Source: Candidatus Aldehydirespiratoraceae bacterium (GTDB lineage Bacteria > Actinomycetota > Acidimicrobiia > Acidimicrobiales > Aldehydirespiratoraceae). From it: 64,000 nucleotides of DNA. The DNA lies in contig OZ240616.1 in assembly GCA_965198315.1 (NCBI GenBank), positions 391,096-455,095 of the forward strand. The letters run 5' to 3'. Positions 56,884 through 64,000 of this stretch are shown here, piece after piece; positions within the stretch are counted from its first letter, which is position 1; the number at the start of each line of letters is the position of its first letter. The notes under the pieces were generated by a model. It was not told the origin of the DNA. It worked only from the letters and a program-made list of their open reading frames with translations, and did no database searches. Position numbers and translations under genes: made by a program.

Positions 56884-57199
56884 CTCGGAGCGGCTCGCGT
56901 GCCGGGACGGGACGGACATAACAGTGATGAGGCATCTGTCAGCGCAGGTTCCTATGAGGTCACGTCGCTCGTTCCGGACCGGCCGCAGCTGGCAAGTCCA
57001 AGGAGCAGACCGCCGACATCGACGAGTCCCAGGCAAGGCACCCACAACACGCAGGGCCAGTTTTGCGGCAAGTCAGACGCCGACGGCCCGCTCCCCGCAC
57101 ACATCTTCACTGTTTTGCGCAGGCTCCAAGGATTGGAGCAAGCATGGGAGCTATGGACACACAAGCGAACACGGCGGGGACGTCTCGTCGGTATTCGGC

Positions 57200-57492
57200 T
57201 GAGCAGAAAAAGCACGCGGGTACGTGCCGACAACACAATCACCTGCTGGGGCAACAACACCTTGGGGCAGACTGGTGCGCCTGAGGGGAAGTTCCAAACT
57301 GTTTCCGCCGGCTCGGGGCATTCGTGCGGGTTGCGTGCCGACAACACACTCACCTGCTGGGGCAACTACTTCGATGGGCGGACTGATGTGCCTGAGGGTG
57401 CGTTCAAGACTGTATCCAACAGCGAGGAGTACTCGTGTGGGGTACGTGCCGACAACACAATCACCTGCTGGGGCTACATACGGATAGGTTGA
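57200..57492 (+). pseudogene. RCC1_2-like repeat gene fragment (about 2.5 blades)
   Basis: RADNTITCWGNNTLGQTGAPEGKFQTVSAGSGHSCGLRADNTLTCWGNYFDGRTDVPEGAFKTVSNSEEYSCGVRADNTITCWGY, with 111-nt periodicity and near-identical 33-nt segments at 57220 and 57442. No credible start. Abuts the IS110. Confidence 0.5.
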
Positions 57493-57620
57493 TGCGCCTG
57501 CGATGACGTGCTCGGCTCGCTGGGCACGTGTTGCATCTAGCAAGGGGCCGAGCAGACAGGCGGTGGTCCAAGTCTGTTCCGGCCCGGGTCCGTTCTGCTC
57601 GAACCGCCGGGAACCACCGG

Positions 57621-57682
57621 GTTTGAACTAGGACTTGACAAACCTTTGTTGTTATTGCAAACTAGTTTGTGTTACAAACTAG
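57621..57682. promoter_or_regulatory. candidate promoter/operator upstream of the membrane-protein/wHTH operon
   Basis: ttgaca at 57635-57640. Perfect 12-bp palindrome caaactagtttg at 57658-57669, with related half-sites gtttgaactag (57621-57631) and acaaactag (57674-57682). Confidence 0.4.
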
Positions 57683-57696
57683 ATGGAGGCGAGCAA

Positions 57697-58323
57697 ATGC
57701 AGACATTCGATGACAGCTCAGATCCCCTGACCGCCGAGGAGAGTTGGCAGGCCATCCACACCACCATGGACGATGCCCGGAGCTCGATGTACCTGGCCGG
57801 AAGCACGAAGATCATGCTGTTGTGGGGCGTGATCGTCTCAGTGGGATGGCTCTCCCAGTACGCCATCGAGACGCTCGCCACCGAGTTCGTCGAGGACAGG
57901 CCAGAGGTCTCAGGCTTGTTGTGGGCTGTCCTCGGCCCGGTGGGTGGGGTGAGTAGCGGCTTCATCGGTCACCGAGCGAGCCAGAACATTGCGGCAAGCG
58001 AAACGGCCCGCCGGGCAGGGATCCGGGTCTGCCTTTTCTGGGTCACCCTCGTGGTGGCCTCGTTCCTCCTCATTGGCGCGGCAGGGTTGTGGAACGATGC
58101 CGAGCACCTCCCGCGATTCTGGGTGGGCATGGCGGCACTCGGATACGTCCTGTTCGGCATCATGCACCGTCCCATGATCGCGGTGTTGGGTCTGGGCTTC
58201 GCAGCCGCGTTCTACATCCCGGAATACCTCCTCGGCGACGTGGCACTGGCGGTGTCCGGATCGGCGACGCTGGCCATGACGGTTGCCGGCTTCGTGTGGG
58301 TCCACAAGACCGGCGAATGGTGA
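57697..58323 (+). CDS. integral membrane protein (about 5 TM), unknown function
   Basis: ggagg RBS before ATG 57697. Hydrophobic helices throughout. Stop overlaps the regulator start. Confidence 0.65.
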   Translation: MQTFDDSSDPLTAEESWQAIHTTMDDARSSMYLAGSTKIMLLWGVIVSVGWLSQYAIETLATEFVEDRPEVSGLLWAVLGPVGGVSSGFIGHRASQNIAASETARRAGIRVCLFWVTLVVASFLLIGAAGLWNDAEHLPRFWVGMAALGYVLFGIMHRPMIAVLGLGFAAAFYIPEYLLGDVALAVSGSATLAMTVAGFVWVHKTGEW

Positions 58324-58727
58324 ACGACGAAGCCTCCATGACCAGTCAGCCGTCCCCGTCCACGGACGCAACTCCCGTGTCGACCGGCGAGGAGATCATC
58401 CTCGATGAGACCATCCATCAGCCGACCCGGCTGCGCATCATGACGCTGCTGGTCTCGGTTCTCGAGGCGGACCGCCTGGCCTACGGATTCATCCAGCAGA
58501 CCCTGCGGCTGACCGGCGGCAACCTGACGGTCCATCTGCGCAAGCTCGAGGCCGCGGGGCTGGTGACCATCACCAAGGAGTTCCAAGGCGCCAAACCGCG
58601 CACCTGGGTGCAGGCGACCACACAGGGACGACGGGCCTTCGCCGAGTACCTGTCGAACCTGGAGAGGGCGCTCGGGGTCAGTGTCCGCGGGGTGCCTGCC
58701 GACGATGGACAAGCAGGCAGCCAGTGA
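58317..58727 (+). CDS. winged-helix transcriptional regulator (ArsR/MarR-like HTH)
   Basis: HQPTRLRIMTLL........GFIQQTLRLTGGNLTVHLRKLEAAGLVTI...F.G.KPRTWV..T..GR.AF. Confidence 0.75.
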   Translation: MVNDEASMTSQPSPSTDATPVSTGEEIILDETIHQPTRLRIMTLLVSVLEADRLAYGFIQQTLRLTGGNLTVHLRKLEAAGLVTITKEFQGAKPRTWVQATTQGRRAFAEYLSNLERALGVSVRGVPADDGQAGSQ

Positions 58728-58808
58728 CCGACCGCATCTTGGCGCAGGGGAAACGACCAGCAATCGAAAGGATCGTTTGATGCGATGCGCCGGGTGGAGT
58801 TCTCCGGG

Positions 58809-59498
58809 TCAACCGATGGTCACTGTTACTGAACGGGTGTCGTCGTCGATGGTCTCAGCAAGGGCGATAGCGGTTGCTCCGATCGGGTCGTTCATGGTCC
58901 ATAGGCGGCGGTGTTGTGACGGCGCTGGCCAACAGGCCGCAACCAGCAGCGGGCCGACTGCACGGCGCAGTGGCCATTCATCGCCGTCTTCGGGCAGCGG
59001 GGCCGACAGGTCCAAGCGAGGCTCGATCCCGGACGCTTCCGGGACGGCTACTCCCACGATGTCGGCCACTGACCGTCCGGCTAGTGAGAAGAACCCGCCG
59101 GTGAGTTGGCGGTCGGGGGTGACAAGCACGCTGTAGGACTCGAACTCGTATCCGAATCGGGGCCACAGGCCCTGTCCGGTCATTGCCCCGGGCTGCCATT
59201 GTGTCGCGGTGCCCACCACATCGGGGCCCAGGTAGCGGCGCTGGTCACCGACCACTTCGAGATCGAATACCCATTCGCCTGCGAACGCGGCCATGGCGTG
59301 GCCGTCGAGTGCGAGCGACGGTTCGCATTGTTGGGTCACCCGCAGCCGCGCTTCGTCGATCTGTTCGACGCAACGGCGCTGGGCGACGGTTCCTCGGTAA
59401 GTACCGTCGGGGTCGTACACGTATTCGGTTACCCGCCAGGCGCCGCCGAAGCTGTCATCGCTGTTCACACTGTCGTTGCTCATGTCATCGCTGCTCAT
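58809..59498 (-). CDS. GxWxG-type barrel-like protein (paralogue family)
   Basis: FGGAWRVTEYVYDPDGTYRG opening signature. 4-nt overlap with the upstream gene. Family tentative. Confidence 0.5.
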   Translation of the reverse strand: MSSDDMSNDSVNSDDSFGGAWRVTEYVYDPDGTYRGTVAQRRCVEQIDEARLRVTQQCEPSLALDGHAMAAFAGEWVFDLEVVGDQRRYLGPDVVGTATQWQPGAMTGQGLWPRFGYEFESYSVLVTPDRQLTGGFFSLAGRSVADIVGVAVPEASGIEPRLDLSAPLPEDGDEWPLRRAVGPLLVAACWPAPSQHRRLWTMNDPIGATAIALAETIDDDTRSVTVTIG

Positions 59499-60397
59499 GC
59501 CGGATCGAAGGCCAGGGTGCCGTAGCTAGCCCCAACCCGCTCGGAGCCCCGATACCAGATGCAAAGCACCGCCTTCATGGTGCCGTCGAGTGCTGCTACT
59601 TCGCGGCGCCACACCCGCAGTCCGTCGGTCTGGTGATGGAACTGTCCGCTGAGACCCCTGCCGCCGCTGAGGGTTGCGCTACCTGTCACCTCGCCGTTCG
59701 GGGTCCAGGCAGACCAGCCGTCAGAGGTCAGCGGGAACGAGACATCGCCTGCGAACCCAAGCCCTGACAACTCCACTTGGAATTGACTGCTCCCTTTGGT
59801 GACCGTCTCGGCATATGCAGCCACCTCGGTAGGTTCAAGATCAGCATCGAGATGGTGCAACTGGCCCGACCAGCACCCCGAGCGCAGCAACAAAAGCTCG
59901 TCTCGGCCCGCCGCTGGGTCGTCTCCCAACTCCGCGGGGTCCATCGCTTGAACAGGCGGCGGTGTCGGCGCCTCAGCGTCAACTTGACGCTGATACTCGC
60001 CGACCACCGTCCAAACAAGCCTCACCCCCCGGCTCAGCAAAGCCAGAGACAACTGACGTGATCCGTCGGGCAGCACCATCAAGAAGAAGCGCTGTGACAG
60101 ACCAAGGTCCGGCCAGTAGTTGTGAGCCGCCACCAGGCCGTCGCCCAATGCCTCCGCGTAGCCCACGTTGAGCGGGCCCTCATAGGTCCGATACGAACCG
60201 TGATCGACGATGGTGTACTCCCCCGACAGCGAGAACGGCCCGTCGAAGGTGACTTCTACGGTTACTGTCCCGGCCTGGTCATCGGCCTGCACTGACCGGG
60301 TGTCGCGCCCCAACCCAGCGAAGCGACCTTGAGAGTCGTATACCTCAGCCGCGCCGATCCATTGACCGACACCCTGAGAGAACGACCCACTGCTCAC
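59495..60397 (-). CDS. two-module GxWxG barrel-like protein (paralogue family)
   Basis: Modules open with GVGQWIGAAEVYDSQGRFAG and RSGCWSGQLHHLDADL. 4-nt overlaps on both sides. Confidence 0.5.
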   Translation of the reverse strand: MSSGSFSQGVGQWIGAAEVYDSQGRFAGLGRDTRSVQADDQAGTVTVEVTFDGPFSLSGEYTIVDHGSYRTYEGPLNVGYAEALGDGLVAAHNYWPDLGLSQRFFLMVLPDGSRQLSLALLSRGVRLVWTVVGEYQRQVDAEAPTPPPVQAMDPAELGDDPAAGRDELLLLRSGCWSGQLHHLDADLEPTEVAAYAETVTKGSSQFQVELSGLGFAGDVSFPLTSDGWSAWTPNGEVTGSATLSGGRGLSGQFHHQTDGLRVWRREVAALDGTMKAVLCIWYRGSERVGASYGTLAFDPA

Positions 60398-61212
60398 GCT
60401 CGGACCAAGTGCACCGTCTGCGCCTCGATCGACGTCGCTGCCAGCTTCGCGGCGAGGTCGGTGCCCGCCGGTTGCGGAGAGAGGTAACGGCCCTCTGTAG
60501 CCAATTCGAGTTCACCGGCAGCAAATGGATACGGGTCCAGTTCGTAGACCGCACCGGGCAGTTCCACGACCGAGACGGTCACGTCGTCGCCGACCGCTCG
60601 GGGCACGTTGTGGAACTCTGATTCGCCGCGTTCGCCTTCGGGGGCCAGGTGCATGTAGAGGGAGAGCGTGTCGAAGAACTGGAGCTGTTTGTAGGCGTGG
60701 AACAGGTACTCGTTGCTTGCATGCTCAGGGTCGCTCACCGCTAGCTGCTCTCGGAGGCGGCTCTGACGGTCCTCTTCTGCTGCCAGCATGGCGTCAACTT
60801 CGGGACGCAGGTCCTCTCCGATGCTGTCGAGGAAGATCTTGTCGCTCAGCCCGTACCGTCCCCGATACAGGCCGTAGGTGTGCATCGACGAGATGATGCC
60901 GCTGAACGGGTGATGGCTCTCGTTGAACGCCGGCGACCCCGCCGAGGTGGCAACGATTTGCGGCAACGGCGTAGCTGTGAGGTTGTACGGCAGTCCGGTC
61001 GCCGGGTCTTGAGGGGCGGTGGCATCCAGGTCGGCCCATCCTTGGTCGTGGTGGTCGACGATGAACTGCATCGGTTCGGTGGGTTCGAGCCCGGCGAAGT
61101 CTTCGTTGCCGAAGTTCACGGCCAGCGACCCTGCGAAGGCGGTGTGCTGGTGCATTGCGATCACGAAGTGCGGGGCGTCAGCAACACCGCCGGGGGCGCG
61201 CTGGACGATCAT
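60394..61212 (-). CDS. DUF3891-like protein
   Basis: IAMHQHTAFAGSLA and VDHHDQGWADLD His-rich motifs resemble DUF3891 as I recall it. ATG 61212 preferred, since the upstream track ORF is Arg/His/Gln junk. Confidence 0.5.
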   Translation of the reverse strand: MIVQRAPGGVADAPHFVIAMHQHTAFAGSLAVNFGNEDFAGLEPTEPMQFIVDHHDQGWADLDATAPQDPATGLPYNLTATPLPQIVATSAGSPAFNESHHPFSGIISSMHTYGLYRGRYGLSDKIFLDSIGEDLRPEVDAMLAAEEDRQSRLREQLAVSDPEHASNEYLFHAYKQLQFFDTLSLYMHLAPEGERGESEFHNVPRAVGDDVTVSVVELPGAVYELDPYPFAAGELELATEGRYLSPQPAGTDLAAKLAATSIEAQTVHLVRA

Positions 61213-61664
61213 GGCCGTTGGATCCGGGCGAAGTCTTGAATCTGGAACAGGTTGGTTTCCCCGTCCCGCACTTTGTGGGTGATGATGCGCCGGGTGTCGG
61301 GGTTCAAGAAGTAGTGGTTGTTGTAGACGATGGTGTTGCTGACTCTGCTGTCGATGGTGAACACGTAGTTGTATGGCGTGAGTTCGGCGCCTTCGAGGCT
61401 GATCTGTTCGCTGTCGGCGAAGCACCGTTTGCCTTCAACTCCGATCGGCGTGTTGAAGATGGTTTCACCCACGCCGTAGAGGTTTTCGAAGTGTTCGTGG
61501 AGGTGCCAGGTCTGGTCGTCGAGCCAGTAGACATCCATGTGCACCGCGCTGGATTCAAGGAACTCCCCTTCGGGGCTGAAGCTCTTGCACAGCCCTTCCC
61601 AGCGGCCCATGAAACACTGATAGGGCCTATCCGAAGTGGGGCCGTAGCTTTTTTGTTCGCTCAT
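61209..61664 (-). CDS. single-module GxWxG barrel-like protein
   Basis: ATG 61664. FMGRWEGLCKSFSPEGEFLE signature. 151 aa. Confidence 0.5.
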   Translation of the reverse strand: MSEQKSYGPTSDRPYQCFMGRWEGLCKSFSPEGEFLESSAVHMDVYWLDDQTWHLHEHFENLYGVGETIFNTPIGVEGKRCFADSEQISLEGAELTPYNYVFTIDSRVSNTIVYNNHYFLNPDTRRIITHKVRDGETNLFQIQDFARIQRP

Positions 61665-61733
61665 GGCGCAATCGTAGAGTGCCCGGCCCGACAATGAAAC
61701 CGCGTTCCACTGAGCGGAACCATAAGCTGAAAT

Positions 61734-62696
61734 ATGATCGTTCGGGGATGGTACTTTGCGTTTGAGGCCGACGAAGACGCAGCTGTAGCCACGCTGTACT
61801 ACCCCGGTGACGACCAACGGTTGGCAGAAGCTCGGTTGACCGGGCGCGTCCCCCCGATCGAATCGCCCGATCCCTGGCCGGTGATCGTGATGATGCCGGG
61901 GATCAACATCGCTCCCGACGGCTACCGCTGGCTGGCTCACCGACTCGTGGCCGACGGATTCTGCGTTGTGACCTGTGCGGCTATCGGTTCACTCGGGCCT
62001 GCGGGGCGGGGCATCACTCCCGGTATCGATATGGGTGCGCTGTTGCCTGACACGATCGGTACCCGACCGTCGTCCACCGTGCTCGAACCGCTGCTGGCTC
62101 GTCTCGACGGCGCCACCGAAGACGACAGCCCCGTGGCTGGACTTCTGGATCTGACCCGGGTGGTGATCGGTGGTCATTCCGCCGGTGGCACGGTGGCGTT
62201 GCACAACAGCGACCCTGCCTGGGTCCCGGGCCTGCAAGCGGTGTTCACTTACGGCGCTCACACCATGACCGCCACTGCGTTGGGGCACGGCGAGAGCACC
62301 GTTGTGACCGTGCCGGCCAAGGTGCCACAGATGTTGCTGGGCGGGACTGACGACGGGGTTATCTCAGCGAGCCGTGACCGCTACCTCACAAAGCAAGACG
62401 ACACGGCCCACGACCCCATCCGCCGAACCTTCGACGAGGCCATCGGCCGTGACACCGGCGATTCCTGGCTGGTTGAGTTGGCCGGAGTGGGCCATTTCGC
62501 TATCTGCTGGCCGCTCGACACCACAAGCGGTCGCACTTTCCTGGAGTCCGACCCTGTCTCAGCAGACCCCGAGATCCGAGAACTGCTGGCCGACCTCATC
62601 GCCGCATTCATCGCCACGAGTCTCGACCGCCCCGTCCCCAAAAGCCTGGAGAGCCTTGTCGAGCATCGCCTGGTGACCCACTGGAGACGGCGCTGA
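61734..62696 (+). CDS. alpha/beta hydrolase, chlorophyllase/dienelactone-hydrolase-like
   Basis: YYPG....PWPVIVMMPGINIAPDGYRWLAHRLVADGFCVV parallels the chlorophyllase N-terminal pattern. GGHSAGG nucleophile elbow. Late GTDDG and GVGHF (Asp/His candidates). Confidence 0.7.
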   Translation: MIVRGWYFAFEADEDAAVATLYYPGDDQRLAEARLTGRVPPIESPDPWPVIVMMPGINIAPDGYRWLAHRLVADGFCVVTCAAIGSLGPAGRGITPGIDMGALLPDTIGTRPSSTVLEPLLARLDGATEDDSPVAGLLDLTRVVIGGHSAGGTVALHNSDPAWVPGLQAVFTYGAHTMTATALGHGESTVVTVPAKVPQMLLGGTDDGVISASRDRYLTKQDDTAHDPIRRTFDEAIGRDTGDSWLVELAGVGHFAICWPLDTTSGRTFLESDPVSADPEIRELLADLIAAFIATSLDRPVPKSLESLVEHRLVTHWRRR

Positions 62697-62733
62697 ACCC
62701 GGCGTTCTCGTACAATCTGCAGGAGAGGGCTAA

Positions 62734-63540
62734 ATGGGCAAGCGCATTGTTATCACGGGGAGCACGAGGGGGATCGGCAACGGGTTGGCCCGTGAGTTCC
62801 TGAAGCGCCAATGCCAGGTCGCCATCAGTGGACGCTCAGCCGACAGCGTGGCGACGGTGGTGGCCGAACTCGGTGAGTATTACGGGGCGTCCAAGGTCTG
62901 CGGCAAAGCCTGCGACATCACCAACCCCACCCAACTCCAGGAGCTATGGGACCACGCCGCACAAGCATTCGGCGGGGTCGACATATGGATCAACAACGCG
63001 GGAGTCAGCATTGAGCGCCGACCTCTGTGGGAACAATGCGACGACGACCTGGCTGGATTGGTCAACACCAACCTCACCGGAGCGCTGCTAGCCAGCAAGA
63101 CAGCTGTGTCCAACATGGTGCGCCAAGGCCACGGACAGGTTTGGAACACCGAAGGGTTCGGTTCTGATGGCGCCACTCAACCCGGTATGGCCGCCTACGG
63201 CGCCACCAAGCGCGCCGTCCGTTACCTGCAGAAAGCCCTACGCAAAGACACCGCCGACACCGATGTGCAGATCTGCACTGTCTCGCCGGGCATCGTCGTG
63301 ACCGACCTGCTCACCGGCGACTACGACCTCACCTCCGAACAGTGGGAGAAGTCGAAGAAGATCTTGAACATTCTGGGCGACGAGGTCCACACCGTCACTC
63401 CCTGGCTGGCCGACCACATTCTCGCGACCGACAAGTCCGGCGCCCGCGTGGTGTGGCTGACCCGCCGCAAAGCCTTCGCCCGTTTCATGACTGCGGCGTT
63501 CCGCAAACGCGACCTGTTCGTCGACATCAAGGGCGCCTGA
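62734..63540 (+). CDS. short-chain dehydrogenase resembling chlorophyll(ide) b reductase NOL/NYC1
   Basis: VITGSTRGIGNGLAREFLKRQCQVAISGRSADSV..VV.EL, VDIWINNAG, N.EG.GSDG.TQPGMAAYGATK, SPGIVVTDLL and ILNILGDEVHTVTPWL follow the NOL pattern ITGSTRGLGKALAREFL..GD.V.I.SRS..SV, INIWINNAG, N.DGAGSGG.STP..AVYGSTK, SPGMVLTELL and FNIICELPETVARTL (from memory). Confidence 0.8.
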   Translation: MGKRIVITGSTRGIGNGLAREFLKRQCQVAISGRSADSVATVVAELGEYYGASKVCGKACDITNPTQLQELWDHAAQAFGGVDIWINNAGVSIERRPLWEQCDDDLAGLVNTNLTGALLASKTAVSNMVRQGHGQVWNTEGFGSDGATQPGMAAYGATKRAVRYLQKALRKDTADTDVQICTVSPGIVVTDLLTGDYDLTSEQWEKSKKILNILGDEVHTVTPWLADHILATDKSGARVVWLTRRKAFARFMTAAFRKRDLFVDIKGA

Positions 63541-63546
63541 CGACCC

Positions 63547-64000
63547 TTAGGACTCGCTTACACCGGTGACCGCGGAGCCGCTGCGGGCTATGGCCGTCAG
63601 GTCGCCTCCGAGGTAGCTGCGCACCACGGCGGCGTCGGCTTGGACCTCGCTCGGGGTGCCCTCGGCGATGACGGAGCCCGTCTCCATGGCGATCAGCCGG
63701 TCGCAGACCGAACTCAGCAGCGGCATGTCGTGCTCGATCACTATCAGCGTCATCTGGTAGGCGTCGCGGATCTGGGTGATCAGTGTGCCCAGTGCCTCCG
63801 TTTCGGCTTGGGCGATACCGGCCGAAGGTTCGTCCATGAGCAGCAACCTTGGGCGCAGAGCAACGTTGGCCGCCAGCTCGACGAGGCGGCGGGTGCCGGT
63901 GGACAACAGGCTCACCGGCTGGTCAGCCAAGCCGCCGAGACCGAACACGGCGAGCGTCTCGGAAGTTTCGTCCTCGATTCGGCGTTCGGCTGACGATCCA
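63547..64000 (-). CDS. ABC transporter ATP-binding protein (LivG/LivF-like), C-terminal part; continues beyond the window
   Basis: LSTGTRRLVELA (signature-like), LLLMDEPSAGI (Walker B) and IEHDM (H-loop). The frame stays open to the window edge. Confidence 0.8.
   Translation of the reverse strand, partial: GSSAERRIEDETSETLAVFGLGGLADQPVSLLSTGTRRLVELAANVALRPRLLLMDEPSAGIAQAETEALGTLITQIRDAYQMTLIVIEHDMPLLSSVCDRLIAMETGSVIAEGTPSEVQADAAVVRSYLGGDLTAIARSGSAVTGVSES

Noticed and set aside
55798-57199. 5' 1.4 kb of the 564-aa plus-strand ORF, and the 367-aa Arg/Pro-rich minus-strand ORF 55619-56722
   Set aside because: Both overlap the clearly recognisable IS110 transposase frame and translate to compositionally biased junk. 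Only the 3' tail (57200-57492) has real RCC1-like repeats, and it is reported as a fragment.

Overview
High-GC actinobacterial chromosome segment. The assignment rests on mycothiol mshA followed by YbjN-like and histidine-phosphatase genes, and on a rex-hemA-hemC-hemD-hemB-hemL block. About 60 genes can be supported. 1-17.6 kb is core housekeeping: heme synthesis, fadD, proC, pyrF, mshA, moaD, an ABC1 kinase and a BVMO. 17.7-38.8 kb is accessory DNA. It holds an AT-richer PstI/BsuBI-type R-M pair, tRNA-Lys, an AbiE system, tRNA-Ser with an IS481-family element, an RCC1-repeat protein, an IS3 fragment and an islet of three toxin-antitoxin pairs. 38.8-50 kb is an IclR-associated catabolic cluster: two family-III CoA-transferases, HMG-CoA-lyase-like, CitE-like, PrpD-like, cyclase, hydantoinase-like, isochorismatase-like and tandem CN-hydrolase genes. 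Two observations stand out. (1) At 50.1-63.5 kb the locus combines homologues of most enzymes of the plant PAO/phyllobilin chlorophyll-breakdown pathway. These are two RCCR-like proteins flanking a PaO-like Rieske oxygenase, a chlorophyllase-like hydrolase and a NOL/NYC1-like SDR. A family of GxWxG beta-barrel modules and a DUF3891 protein sit with them, and mobile DNA splits the locus (92-bp tandem repeats, a DUF222-HNH gene, IS110). (2) Two ~2.1-kb islets without any recombinase gene, one AbiE and one triple TA, are each flanked by long direct duplications of host gene ends (124 bp and 75 bp). They share a left-terminal motif, GGACTG..CATTCACTTC. Shorter gene-end duplications of the same style lie at moaD and aat. 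All functional calls come from motif recognition by eye and from memory of families; no searches were run.
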